Assembly (NCBI RefSeq): GCF_025526975.1
Contig: NW_026515668.1
Coordinates: 1,984,001 to 2,048,000 of the forward strand
Source of the DNA: Fimicolochytrium jonesii
Lineage: Eukaryota
Direction of reading: 5' to 3'
DNA length: 64,000 nucleotides
Shown in pieces: positions 43,201 through 54,697 of the stretch (positions within the stretch are counted from its first letter, which is position 1; every line of letters starts with the position of its first letter). A model generated the notes under the pieces. That model was not told the DNA's origin. It worked only from the letters and a program-made list of their open reading frames with translations, and did not search any database. Both the position numbers and the translations under genes were made by a program.

Positions 43201-46200
43201 GCAGAGAGCACGCTGATGATATCGGTCATTTTCACTGCATGCCCGGACTTCAAAGCTTTCTGAAGCAGAGCTTCGGCGAGGCCCGCATTGCGATGGGTCA
43301 TAGCTTTCTGCATAGCCTTCATAGTCACGACAAAATGCCGTTCTTTGTCTCTTTGCCCGCTTTCCATGAGATCCAGAATTCCGAGGACCTTCTCTTTGGC
43401 ATCCGGCCCACTCTGACTGCTGTAACCCATGGCCAAAGATTCGAGAATGCCCTCATCCACAATCGTAGCCTCGTCCCAAGCGATCAACCCGGCTTCGGTG
43501 AGCATGTTCCCATTGGCGAGTAAGTTCACTACCCGAGAGCGTTGTACCTGTGTCACCTCATAGCCTTTTTGCTTCATGTATGAGTAGGCTGCGTAAGCAC
43601 CTTTTTGGTCGAGATGCGTGATCATGGCCTCCAGAGCGAGCGCTACTGCGTGAGCCGACAATGGCACCTGATCCCCGATGGCACTCTGGAGGATGTTTCC
43701 CAGACTCTCAGGATTAGGCCAGTCTGTTCCGCGCGGCCCGAAAACCCAGTTCTCGTAGATGTCGCTGGTCAAAGGCACATGGTGGTCGGAAAGAAGCTTG
43801 AGCCACCCTTCGATTTGTTGCCCACTGCGGCGTTTGACGGCCGATCTGAGCAAAAAGATTGCATCTCTGGCCGTTGGCCGGTTTTCAGCGGGATAATCCT
43901 TGAGAGCGTGGTCGACGAGTTGATAGGTAAAGGCCCCGTCAGAAGAGTTTACAGATGCTCGGTCTAGTGTTTCAACGAGGTCGGTGATGAAGCGCCAATG
44001 GTTACGAGATATTCCGTCCTTGTATGCCAATGCCAGTGTCCATTGGAGATCGTCGAACATTTTATGCTTGCACAGAGTTGCAACCATTGCAAGGACCAAG
44101 TGTTCCGGCAGCGGGATATTCCACTGGTCATTTGCCGCGCACTGGTAAGAGTACCACGCTTTCTGCCATTGTCCCATTCCCAATAGCCCCATCATCATTG
44201 CCGCGCTCGTACGCCTTGTGATGAGGGGCTGGGTGTAAGTGTTCTGGGTGGCGCCGTCAGCGAGGATGTGGTGTATCGCAATGTCACATTCGTACGCCTC
44301 GCTGAAGCGTCCGTCGAGTACAAGCGCCTCCACCGCCCGGTTCAGAAGGCCGTAAGCCGATGCATTCCTGTCTCGGCACACCAAGTGAAGAAGGCTCTTG
44401 ACTGCGTCCAAGTCGCCACGAAGCACGGCAAATTCCAATATCAGCCGCGTCGTGTAGGCGGTCGGCTTAAGGCCGCTGCTTTTGAAGTCTTCCATTGCGA
44501 TCGTCGCTTTCGGGACGTTTCGATCTTTGAGATACACCCGGATCCTTCCATTGTGACAAGCGATATCGGGTACCACACCGGAGGCCTTCAATTCCCGCCA
44601 GATAGCTTCGACCGAGACAACATCCGGGATGCGTGCATATGCTCCAATCAGGGCACTGAAAGTTGTGCCGGTTGGGGCCAGACGCAGACGACCGAGAGCG
44701 CGATACATCTCGATGGCGTGCGGGAGCGTTTCAGGGGTCTTGGCCAGCGCATTCAACTCTCGGTTGAAGGCCACGATGTCAGTGAATATCCTTGGATCGG
44801 TGACTCTTTGAGCGTTCGAGCGAGTACCCGGACTCACGTCCGAGGCTTCGTCATGAAACCCCTTGCGACGAAAAGATACATCCGACCGGCGGGAGTTTTG
44901 AATGGTTGTGCTCCTCTCTGAGTGAGGTGCTAAACGGTTCCGCCAGTGTTGTTCAAGATCGGGGTCCGGGAAACACCCGTGTGATGTCAGGATGTCATGC
45001 GTCGCTATGAACACATCATCGTGCTTCCATGCAAGCATTTCGCGGAACACATTGCGATATATTATTGGTACGGAAGGAGGGTCCCTGATGTCGTTGAGTC
45101 TCAGTACTTGCAGCAAGTTTTTCAGTTCGCTCAAGTCCTTTGCGCGAGCTGCCAGGCTGATGAAAGGTAGCAAAGCTTCCAATCTTGGCGGCCGTATATC
45201 CGTCAATTCTCGGAACCACCGCTCAGCATCCTCAATCAATCCGTGTGCCGCGCATACGGATATGAATCTCTCAAGAATTACTGATTCCGGGGTCAATCCG
45301 GCTCGCAGCATAGCGTGGTAATGAGTTTCTGCCCTTTCAAGATCCCCATTCCGGAGCAGACCGGTGATGATCGCTTCGAAAGTCTCGGACGTCGGAAAGC
45401 GACTAGCGGCAAGCATTTGTGCAATAACCGACATTGCTGCTTCGAGATCGTCTGCTCTCACGTATCCCTTTAGAAGCAGATTGTACGTTCTGGTGTCCGG
45501 CTCGACTTTGTCCGCTATCATGCGCTGGTAGACGTTGGTGAGTTCGTCGACTGGAACGCCATCCAGATAACCCGTCAGCCCCTGCAAGATCGTATTGTAG
45601 GTTGTAAGATCTGGCGTAACTTGCACTTGACTCATGGTCTCCAGTGCCGTTCTTAGACCCAGGATGTTACCACTATTGGCGTAATAACTGAGTAGAATAT
45701 TGTAGGTCGTCGTATTGGGGATCAGATTTTTTGACCGCATGTCGCGAAGTGTGAGGAGGATAGCTTCCGGATCCCCAGCTCGGACAATGCACGACAGTAA
45801 ACTATTATAGTCCAGCACATCTACATCCATCGATAGGATAGACAAATCTGCCATGATCTGTGAAATACGGCTGATGCCATCATACTCCGCGCTGTCATTT
45901 TCTCGCAGAAGCTTGATCACTGACCGAATGTAATCTCTCGTAAGTGTCGATCTTGCCGATGGAGAGCGCATTATGAATCGATACGTTCCAAACGCAGAGC
46001 GGACGTCTTCCCGCTCGATCTCAGCGAAAAGCTTACGCAGGTAATCCCGCTCCCCAGGCCTGCTGCTTCCCCCGTAGGTGCGTTTGAGCTTGCCCTCGTC
46101 ATTTTGAATATGCGCTGGTGTGGTTGCGTAGGACGTCTTCGGTTGATGTTCTCCGCCCGTAATCCACTTCGTCAATTTCGGGTTGCGGCTCCTAAGCTTT

Positions 46201-46403
46201 TCGGGCCACGAATTGCGAGCGTAAGTCCGAGAGGTTGCAATGTGGCGGACCTGGCTCCATTTGATTGGGCAGGTGACGCCCTGGGAGACTCCTGCGCGGC
46301 GCACATAGTGCGAGTAGCCCCGCTTCCAGACGACAGGCGTTGCGACGCCGACGCAACGTGAAGAAGCAAACTTTCCTGATATACTGAGGCACCGCGACGA
46401 CAT
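40266..46403 (-). CDS. Large intronless pentatricopeptide-repeat protein (2045 aa), probably mitochondrial
   Basis: Tandem 35-aa PPRs (PNTTTYNILLSYY, PDLTTYNTILQGL, PDTRTYNLLLKGYV, PDAWAYNTVIAAL, PDVITINTLLSA); Arg/Ser-rich, acid-free N-terminal presequence. Confidence 0.93.
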   Translation of the reverse strand: MSSRCLSISGKFASSRCVGVATPVVWKRGYSHYVRRAGVSQGVTCPIKWSQVRHIATSRTYARNSWPEKLRSRNPKLTKWITGGEHQPKTSYATTPAHIQNDEGKLKRTYGGSSRPGERDYLRKLFAEIEREDVRSAFGTYRFIMRSPSARSTLTRDYIRSVIKLLRENDSAEYDGISRISQIMADLSILSMDVDVLDYNSLLSCIVRAGDPEAILLTLRDMRSKNLIPNTTTYNILLSYYANSGNILGLRTALETMSQVQVTPDLTTYNTILQGLTGYLDGVPVDELTNVYQRMIADKVEPDTRTYNLLLKGYVRADDLEAAMSVIAQMLAASRFPTSETFEAIITGLLRNGDLERAETHYHAMLRAGLTPESVILERFISVCAAHGLIEDAERWFRELTDIRPPRLEALLPFISLAARAKDLSELKNLLQVLRLNDIRDPPSVPIIYRNVFREMLAWKHDDVFIATHDILTSHGCFPDPDLEQHWRNRLAPHSERSTTIQNSRRSDVSFRRKGFHDEASDVSPGTRSNAQRVTDPRIFTDIVAFNRELNALAKTPETLPHAIEMYRALGRLRLAPTGTTFSALIGAYARIPDVVSVEAIWRELKASGVVPDIACHNGRIRVYLKDRNVPKATIAMEDFKSSGLKPTAYTTRLILEFAVLRGDLDAVKSLLHLVCRDRNASAYGLLNRAVEALVLDGRFSEAYECDIAIHHILADGATQNTYTQPLITRRTSAAMMMGLLGMGQWQKAWYSYQCAANDQWNIPLPEHLVLAMVATLCKHKMFDDLQWTLALAYKDGISRNHWRFITDLVETLDRASVNSSDGAFTYQLVDHALKDYPAENRPTARDAIFLLRSAVKRRSGQQIEGWLKLLSDHHVPLTSDIYENWVFGPRGTDWPNPESLGNILQSAIGDQVPLSAHAVALALEAMITHLDQKGAYAAYSYMKQKGYEVTQVQRSRVVNLLANGNMLTEAGLIAWDEATIVDEGILESLAMGYSSQSGPDAKEKVLGILDLMESGQRDKERHFVVTMKAMQKAMTHRNAGLAEALLQKALKSGHAVKMTDIISVLSALAAEGKVSEFLELLTTMVVHGIYPEDIVHNLIFKAYVSAGRTVEAAHILINVKTAGLVDGLELKPDAWAYNTVIAALARMEEENLLQQLRKVAAARGFIPDLATLTSLLPTAKTLDDVEQIKKNITKSGFQTDNIYNIALATAYARLKAPNLLEDVLKTSASNAKWSAVEWNLVLKGWKEVKDYRRCVDAFEEMTSFNVQPDVITINTLLSAALTSANEAGFDIVAEMDRWTVVLSRRQIKPDLATLNLFLRKQAVKNESNLSGKPPKNHRKSIRKRLNRFDELGFSPDQDTFIAIIIVHSRAYLAGEDKEAAKEMLHESLLYIVNEEMVEYKVPASRDVYDTITSVLSELGGAREIAHWMKIMNNAKIAPDANTMKHFVAALLQQGDLSSAELALYSFSHEESSHDRSLSLQGTGVPYCDIANYILSRNDAPANVSINRITGFLQQTPGYGFFSEGIDNHLVHMVANGYIGHPGSPRTDVNVVHRSIALLKKLPTKLIDDVTVAIALKLCLHQRWYEDGKLLWNWASGRPRVLWDCSPEKAGTHSMPIAKVKVFKARTASRKSASRRRWGFIVSQPSPRGFERLNEAFLCTYLDIIGAETAENPTSTAIKRLEDTWHDMVQLPILAEHMKPDEESKRETRQAILANFKEYPTENMCNSYIEALLRCGRTSDAVMFFQSMGGPGKVTAKTDKKKIAKGDKAQKTSLSAKAYSATPSAKTIRTIFGPLCTSGVDTSGTSEEGKPQLRHKVRQIISLRWPHLVKVADQVADEEMKKQKAREVVKQETAKLEETSKVAQEATVKLLAEQRFALVDANSADASHTSALADPSVSHISPSKDAEEDGGHVAAFDSAIQAESGLETPKGEVAETPVINERELMHVSGVWIEDAEDGRNLGDFGEECVGTVVDDDEPELMHAGVWIEDAEDAEDARNFGEIGGEGISDANAQEYGKKDEQPAPLEEAEDWRAHMYGFVKPAHRD
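40390..40578 (-). repeat. Imperfect tandem duplication in the PPR C-terminus
   Basis: ELMHVSGVWIEDAEDGRNLGDFGEE and ELMHAGVWIEDAEDAEDARNFGEIGGE; DNA CATCTTCTGCATCCTCGATCCACACACC occurs twice. Confidence 0.9.
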
Positions 46404-46794
46404 ATAGACATCATGTGCTTTGGCTGTTCTCTAAAGTCGTCTTATTGGGTTGAGTGCTTATCGAAGATGTCCAGGGGTCCTGTTGCTCTTGCGTCGAGTG
46501 CTGGACCGAGGAGTCTGACCCCGAAAATCTGTCCAGGTTGTTGTTGAGGACCCTTTGCCGTCCCCCTTACCGTTATCCGGCGGCAGGTAGGTACAGTACG
46601 TATGGGCAGCGTCCAAATACTGCGCTGCGTGCCCTGCACCTGCAGTTTTGGTTACGAAGAAGTGAAGAAATGAGGAAGAAGGTGAAGCCGCGGCGGTTGG
46701 GGCTTGCGCGTTGGAACTTGGAATGGGCTTTCGACTGCTTTGGACCTGCGCATCCCCTTCCATCACCAATCCTAACGTTGAGCCAGTTGCCACC

Positions 46795-47761
46795 ATGGGG
46801 AAGCCATCACCTACCACCCAAGTCCTGGCGTTGGTATGCCTTGTCGCCATCTTATCGACGCAGGTTGCAGCTTTCAACACCTTTACGACGCTGCTACACG
46901 CCGGAGAGGAGCAATGTTTCAAAGAAGTGCTAAAAACAAAGGATAGAGTGGACTTGTCCTATGAGATAACGGACGGTGGGAATCTGGACGTTGACTTTGT
47001 GGTAGGCATCACCAGGAGCATCTTCTGAAGCCGAAGTTCCCTTGTGATGTTCATATTCTTCACCCCATAGGTTTTTGCACCCGGCAATCGTCCGCTGCAA
47101 TCACACAACGCAGGGAGCTTCTTCACTTGGGGTTTCAATGCTGAGGAGGATGGCACATACACCTACTGCTTCAATAACAAGAGGTCATCATTCGCGGACA
47201 AACGGATCTTATTCACGGTGGTGGGGCCTGATGAGAAGTGGAAGATTGAGGAGAAGGAGATGAAGATGAGTCTTGGTGAGTACCACGGGAGAAAGAGCGC
47301 GAAGTGTGCATCACGATGAGCCGGCGGATGGTCTAATCATTCTGGACTCTCGTTCAACTACGTTTCCATATGAAGAAGACGACCCAACGGAATCCCTCCA
47401 AAGCGAGATTAGGGTGTTGGACGCGGGGATCAGGGCCATCAGGGAAGAGCACGCTTTCTTAAAATCAAGGGAACGCCGGCACAGGATGAGTGAGTCTTTG
47501 TCAGATGTTGTCATCGGAAATCCCGAGTGACATGGACTAAAGCGGAACCACTTGTAAACCAGCTGCGGATAGCACGAATAGTCGTGTCTTGTACTGGTCG
47601 CTCGTACAAGCTCTGGCACTCGTGGGAGTCGTGTACTTCCAGATCAACTACCTGAAGAGGTAAGCAGGAGTGAAACAGGCGAAACAGCGCTCTCTGATCT
47701 GAACCTCACCGGATTTGTCCGCATCAGGTTCTTTGAGATGAGAAGCGGCCGATCAATCTAG
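46795..47761 (+). CDS. p24/EMP24/GOLD family cargo receptor, multi-exon
   Basis: Signal peptide, EEQCFKE, GGNLDVDF, GTYTYCFNN, RERRHRMTADSTNSRVLYWSL, YLKRFFE. Confidence 0.93.
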
Positions 47762-48219
47762 TCCCGTCTGTTCCTGCAGTATACTGACCATATGATGTCT
47801 GTGCATGCCACTTTTTCACTCCATCCCTACGCGCTAATCCACTATCTACTTGTTGCATACCGTCAAATGGATGGACGGTCTTTGGCCCTCCTTTGGCTAT
47901 ACATAGACAATCTCTATCGAATCTAAGTTACCCACACGGAAAACTGACGCCTGGAATGTAGTCGAAACCTAGTCATCTTTGGCCGTAGGGAGGCATGGGA
48001 AATCACACCGCCAGGTGAACGGAAAGCGTACGAGTATAGATGGCATTAGCAACAGCCATAATCATTCAATTGATACGATGTGGTATAATTTTACAAGTGC
48101 TCTTCGACCAAAAAATAACGACTACTAAATGACAGAGGGTGAAGGAAGCCCGGTGAATGGCTCACGCAAGCACGAGCGATGACGGATCTTCCCTAAAGGA
48201 CTTGACTTCGTGATCGAAT

Positions 48220-49256
48220 CTACAGCTCCCGGTCCTTGACGGCATCCTTCGCATCAACCGCTGCATCCTGCAGCTGCTTCACCGCCGACTCGGCAGCTTG
48301 CTGCGTCATCGCGGGCATGCCCGTGGTCTCCCCATGCCTCTCCAAGTCCGCAGCCCAGATCGCGGCTCCGACGGTCGACGTGGCTGTGAAGAAGACACCG
48401 ACCACGGGAATGAGCTGCAACGCCAAAGCGACGACTCCGAACGCGGTGTATGCGGGTCCACGGGACTTCTGGAACTGCTCAACCTGCTGGGCGTTCCATC
48501 CCTTGAGTGCAAAGTAACGAGTGTGGAAGCTCGCTCCCATCTTCTTGCCGTTGATCACGAAGAAGGAGACGGGTCCGATGACGGGGATGAAGGTGAGAGG
48601 GAGGGTCATGAGGAACTGCAGCATTGCGGCGGGTGAGAACCGGTCCATGCGCTTGCGGATGGCCTTGGCGACGTGGGCGTGGGGGCCGGAGGGAGTCAAG
48701 CGGGTTTTGCCTTGGGCGACCAGATCTTTGTGGCCTTCGGCGGCGAGGACACGGTCGAACAGGTCGTCCTGGAGAGGACCGATGAAGATGGCCTTTACGA
48801 CCACGTTGATCAGGAGCCATGATTCAACGAGGACCAGGACGATGGCGGCGGGGATGCCGAGGAATGGGGTGGCGATGAGAGAGAGGAAGGCCATTTGTGG
48901 GAGGAACTGTTGGTGGGATGAAAGGAAGGAGATCAGTATGAGAGTTTGCAACACCTCAAACTCAAAAACACGACGGTACTCACGGTAAAGAAGAACATCA
49001 GGGCGGTAATACCCAAGCTCGTCAGTGCACTCTTGGCGAGCACACCGGCGATGGGCTTGACGAGATCAGTGTGGTTGGCAAAGTAGAGCACGCCGCTGAC
49101 AGGGTACATGTAAGCTCCCTGTACGGCCTTTTCGGCCGTCTTCACCTTCACGGCGACATCGTGCAAAGCGCGCTGTGGGTCGTGGACGGCTTCGGTGCCT
49201 CGTTGCTTGATGTTGCGCAGAGTGGCTGTTGCCGAGTCCGATGCAGATGGAGACAT
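48220..49256 (-). CDS. Rrt8/Lds (EI24/CysZ-like) multi-pass membrane protein, 2 exons
   Basis: GAYMYPVSGVLYF, LFDRVL, LPLTFIPVIGP, HTRYFALKGW, YTAFGVVALALQLIPVVG, STVGAAIWAADLE. Confidence 0.88.
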
Positions 49257-51101
49257 GTTTGCTTCGTATGTTGGGGTGTTTGAATCGCAAAGGATGAGGC
49301 AATATCTCGATACTTTTGGAAGAGGACGAACAAAGGGTCCTTCGTCCTTTTATATGCTGTCCCACATGCAAGACCAGGGACGTTTAGACATCCCATGAGG
49401 TCATTATTGGCTTGCGGTCATAAACAGGGGCGAAGGGTTCCCAGTCTCCCCCACACATCAAGTCTGCCCCACACATCACTTCGGTGCGCGCTCAACGTCC
49501 AGATCCAGTCCCTGCGATGTCATCATGATTCATGGTGCTCGATGTTCGAGTCCAGGATCCAAGTCCATGGCCGGCCAGCCCACAGGCCAACTCTTGATGA
49601 ATTGAGCTCTGGGCGTCTTGGCTGGCCTTCTCTCGGCCAAGCCTCACACCGACTCGTACTTCTACGCGTCAGCGAGCTACGTCATTTGCGAGACAAACCT
49701 AAAAGCCATCTCTGCGGTGGGATCGGACAGAAGTTGTGACTCCAAGCTTCAAATTCAACCTTGGAACACCACTGGAATGTCGATAAGACTGCTGTCGGGA
49801 CGAAGCCTTACAACATGAAGCAACTGCCCAAAGTCGTTGCGCGCACGTACTCCATATTTGTTGTAAGTCGAGTCCCGCTCCGTTTGGCATCACAGCCTTC
49901 GCGTCGGGAGTTTTAGGCCAAGGTTCTCAGGTTCCTTCAGGGTTGACGACATTAACGCACTTCGGATACACTGGGAATCGCCCTTCATGAACGACGGACA
50001 GACAGCGCTTTTCGACTTTCAATTGCTTGGCGCACGCAGGTGGCATCGCAAAGCCGCATCTTTGCGCGAAGTTGGAGCTCCGCCACTACCAATAGATCAC
50101 TGGGAGCCAGTGCGAGGCACTCGCGGATATGGGTTGGGAACCCAAATTCGTTGCCGAATGCCCGCTGGCCAGGGAATAGCTGACCGTTCTGCACGCCTCA
50201 CGCATAGCGGGACCCAACGCTTCGCTCGCGGCCACAGAGGTCGAGGAACAAACGAGCACTCAGCGAACTCCAAAAAAAAGGTCGATTGTAGCCGGTCTAA
50301 CAGTGGCTCCTCGGCGTTTGGACTCTTGAGACTGGAAAATCTGAAGTTCATCCGAGGAGGCGGGAAGTTCAGGAATGGGACTCTCTTCGGAAAGTCACAC
50401 GGGGGAAGTGGTCGTTTCATTTTCGCCTGTCTCTCCGTATCGCCGACAAATGGAAGGGCCCGAATCGAAAGTGAGAAGCTACGTGAAGCTGGAAAAGACA
50501 GAAAACTAAATGGCCAGAACCAGCTCCGGCGCAACTCGAAGATAATAACGGTGCATGAATGAATGGATTTTAACCCGTTTCCTACGCGCATCTCGACGGA
50601 GGTCGCGCACCAGTTGCACCTGTGCAAGCCGCGAAGTCGTCCCAGGGACCTCACCGAGTGTCCCAGCAGACTAACTTGCCTTCGACGCGGAGATCGACCT
50701 TGCCGTTTTTGACCTGCGCAGAAACGGGTTTGAGAAATGGAAAGGCTAATACTTACCAGTGGAAGGGGCAATGAGGAACGTGCGTTCGAGATTGGTATGG
50801 TCAGTACGAGCGAGAGGGGAAGCTCGAGGGACAAAGCAGAAAAGGAAAGGAAAAGTGCACTGTGGTCAGAACCAGCCTGTGTAGACCGATGAAACCGGCC
50901 AATGCCCCAAAAAAACCGTTTCGCCATATTCTCCCAGTTCTGTATTAGTCGGAATACAGTACATACATACATCCCACTTCTGACTCCATCCCAGGTCCGC
51001 CATCCTCCAGTCTCCACCCAGGTCTCCACCGTCTACTCTTCCTCGTCGCTCCTGTAACTCCGACGCTCTCGTCATCCCATCTCCACGGAGTCTACGGAGA
51101 T

Positions 51102-52268
51102 ATGAGCTACCAGAATAGCAGGTATGCGATACACACCCACGCTTATAGTTGCACCTGCTCACCAGCGCGGCCGCATTACAGTAGTATCATTGCAGATACG
51201 CCGGCAAGACGTGTCCTAGCCATCACATATCACGATCACCGACAGTATGTGATGCCCGCTTCTAGAACTAGAACCGTTCTGGCCAAAAAGACGAGCTAGT
51301 TAACGTTGCTTTGCATCATACCAGGAGCGTTGCAGTGTCCACCGGTAATGGGTTAGTTCTTGCCGGTGGGCAGGCGCAGACATCGGAGAGTTCTAGTAGG
51401 CTGGCTGACCAACCCGCGCGTGCACCGAGTTCACAGGCCAGTGACCGGACTGCTTCTGTGCGTTCAAGCCCGGGAAGCCCAGGACTGCACTTAATTCGTG
51501 GCTCTGTCCGTGAACGATTACGGGCGCAAAAACAATTAGTCTCGGAGACGGTGGACCTTGGCTTCCTGATGGACTGCACGTGTTCAATGCGCCCTCAGCT
51601 GTCGGCTGTTACAGAACAGATTAGAGCCATCGTAGATGAAACGCTCCAATCGTACCCTGGATGGACGGTGAAGGTTGGGTTTGCGGGCTATTTTGATCAC
51701 AAAAGTGCTGGGGAGTACGAACGAAATCGTCTTCCCTTCACACTGGACTTTACAACCGATGTGGAAGGGTTCAAGGAGGCCATCAACACGATCGTGGTGC
51801 AGGATGGCTACGATTACGCCGAAGATGTGCTTGCGGGCCTAGAAGGCGCTGCCAGTCACTTGAACTGGAACAGCAAAGTACGGCTTTTGATACACTTTGG
51901 TGATGCACCTCCTCATGGGCAAATATATCTCATCTGCACATTCTGTTTGCCCTCAGTGTATATGTATTTGGTACGTTAGTGATCTTTGTTTGCAGAATAT
52001 CAGTATCGCAACATCGACAAGTTTCCGAATGCAGATCCTGAGGGACGACTGGGTAAACATCTCATCACCCTATTAGCGGAGAAGAAGAGAGTGGAACTTC
52101 ACTATCCCCGGAGCGGCACCCCAGATGACCAACTTGTTCCGACAGCGGTATACTGAGGCGAATGGAAAACACTTCGAGGTGCTGAGCATGGACGCGGTGC
52201 CGGAGCACTTCGTAGGCCAGATCGTCGAGATGGTAACGACCTCAATCAGGCGGGAAGTGCCTTCTTGA
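51102..52268 (+). pseudogene. vWA-domain gene (alpha-kinase VwkA-type vWA), apparently disrupted
   Basis: DLGFLMDCTCSM, GYFDH, DYAEDVLAGL, LIHFGDAPPHG, FPNADPEG. The intron near 51919-51995 lacks a phase-compatible GT donor and a frameshift is needed near 52097. Confidence 0.6.
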
Positions 52269-52593
52269 CTGCCCTCGGATAGCGGCCGTAAAGGTTGTTC
52301 TATCGGAAAACCTATCATTTTTCGGTTAGCGATATCGAATGGTTGGAGTCTATTAGACTTCATGGTTAGAAGAGAATTAATTCACTCACACCACATATAT
52401 GAGAATTGGCCATTTTGAAACATTGAAAACCGAAGGGCGACGGGCGACGCCTGGGGAGTCGGGGACGCGCAAGAGGCCGCACTGCTGGCCATCACACAAC
52501 AATGCAACCGGCTTCCATCACTTTCCACTTACCCCATCCTCAAACGTCATTGCCCCCGGGGACAAACGAAATCATCTCCCTCTCGTAGCTCTC

Positions 52594-54402
52594 ATGTCAA
52601 AAGAAATATCCCAGAAACACGAGGAGCAACCCACGTTCGCCCCGTCAGTCGCGCAAAGCATGCCCGCCCTCGGAAAAGAGGACCACTTGGTTCACGGCCA
52701 CAAAGGTAAGGTCCTGCTAGGGGCTCGCGGAGAATCTGAGGGTGTCCCATCGCCATAGCGGACCGTACGAGCCGTACGCGTTGGGAGTGTCATGTCGCGA
52801 TGAGATGGACTGATCGCTGACATACGGTGGTCTTGTTCCAATATAGAACTTTCAAACACACAGTTGCAGCAGGAAATGGGGAAGGACAACGGGGATGGTG
52901 AGTCGAGGCAGGAAGAACCAACAGTGGATGCTCCCGCAGAGACCAATGGCAATAAAGCGGAAGCCAGCGGGACACCGGTACCGAACATAGCTTCCGACGA
53001 CGCACCCGTGCATACCACAGAGGCATCCCCATCCGCAGCTGCCATCCCATCCGTACAGGCCGCCATCTCCTCCCCACCCTCCTCCGCCCCCGCTGCCCCT
53101 CCACCAGCAGCTGCCATCGATACATCCTACCGCCTCAAACGCATCACCTACCTAGACCCGCGCACCAACATCCCCCGCCAACTGCAAATCCTCACCCAAA
53201 ACGCCAACGGCCCTTGTCCCCTCATTGCGCTCTGCAACGTCCTGCTCCTCCGCGGGGACATTGAGATCAACGGAACGAGGTCAGAGGTGGATTTCGAGTA
53301 CATCGCCCAGTTGATCGGAGAGTGGGTCATGTGTCGGTTACCGGATACATCACCCACAGCCAACGGGCCGCCGGAGATGTCCACCGAGACACCCGGAGAA
53401 TCAACAGCTGCATCTCCATCAACCCCCCGCGCAACCGACTTCTCCCAAAACCTCACCGACGTCTTACACCTCATCCCCACTCTCCAAAAAGGCCTCGACG
53501 TGAACGTCCGCTTCGACACCCCCTTTGCATTCGAAGTCACGCCCGCTTTACTTATCTTTGATCTGTTCCGCATCACCCTGTGCCACGGGTGGACAGTCGA
53601 CCCGCAGGACGAGGAGACGTACCGTGTCGTCGTGGGCGAGTGTGGGAGCTATAACGCGGTTGTGGAGAGGATTGTAGCTGGGGATGCTGTTGCTGATGGG
53701 AAGGGGGATAATACAAACTCACCCGCACCCGCACCCGCCCCACCCACCCCAGAAACCCTCCACACTGCCCTCGTCTGCCAATCCTTCCTCACCTCCACGG
53801 CTTCCCAACTCACCTACCACGGCCTCCAATCCCTCACGGACTCCCTCCCGCCCAATTCCCTCAGCGTGCTTTTCCGCAACAACCACTTTGCAACCCTCTA
53901 CAAGCGTGTTCACCCGCCGCCTGTGCTGGGGAAGGGAAAAGCCAAGGATGAAGGGAATGGCGAACCGCAGACGACGGCCCTGTATACACTCATCACCGAC
54001 CAGGGCTTTGCGGACGTGGACGGCGCGGTGTGGGAGACGATGGATGCCGTGGATGGGGATTCGGCGTTCCTGGATGGGTTCTTCCAGCCGTTTCATCATA
54101 CGCAACATGCCGGTCACGTACCACTGCAACAGGGGGAGGATGGTGTGGCTGATGGTGGTGGTGGGGAGGGGAACGCGGATTTGGCGCTGGCGATGGCGTT
54201 GCAGAGGGAGGAGGATGAGGCGGCTGCTAGCAGTCAACAGTTCCAACAGCAACAGCAACAAGCACAGCAACGGCAGCGGCAGGATGGGAGTCAGCGGAAG
54301 GGGCAGAGTCAGGCAAAGGCGCAGGGGAGGGGTGGGAAGCAGCAGGAGGCGCCGAAGCATGCGGGGCAGGCGGGGAAGAAGGATAAGTGTTCGGTTATGT
54401 GA
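52594..54402 (+). CDS. MINDY1/2-family K48 deubiquitinase with MIU motif and CaaX box
   Basis: QNANGPCPLIALCNVLLL, GLDVNVRF, HGWTVDPQD, QLTYHGL, FRNNHFATLYK, DLALAMALQREE, C-terminal CSVM. Confidence 0.95.
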
Positions 54403-54697
54403 TAGGCGAAGATACCTCCCGTCAGTATTGCGGCACAAGGTGCGCTGAACTGTACATAATGCAAACTGCCCTCAATCTTTCTCAGGAAAAAAGCCCCTAC
54501 TCCATCAAACGGAATCTAATGTGGACACTTGTTATCTGCATATATTCTAAGCATATATATACAGTATATACCCGAAAGACCAAAAGCGTCCGTCTCTTCC
54601 TCGACCGCTCGTCTGCTGTGCGGCCAATGTCCCCTACACCATGCTAGAAGAGTTCAAGTCTGCCATCTCTGCCTTCTGTACACCGCACTCAACCCAC

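Noticed and set aside
50749..50760. ATACTTACC as U1 snRNA 5' end
   Set aside because: No U1 stem-loops or Sm site follow; it is the complement of a GTAAGTAT donor.
50097..51029. 310-aa minus-strand ORF
   Set aside because: Non-ATG start, no recognisable domain, composition not protein-like.
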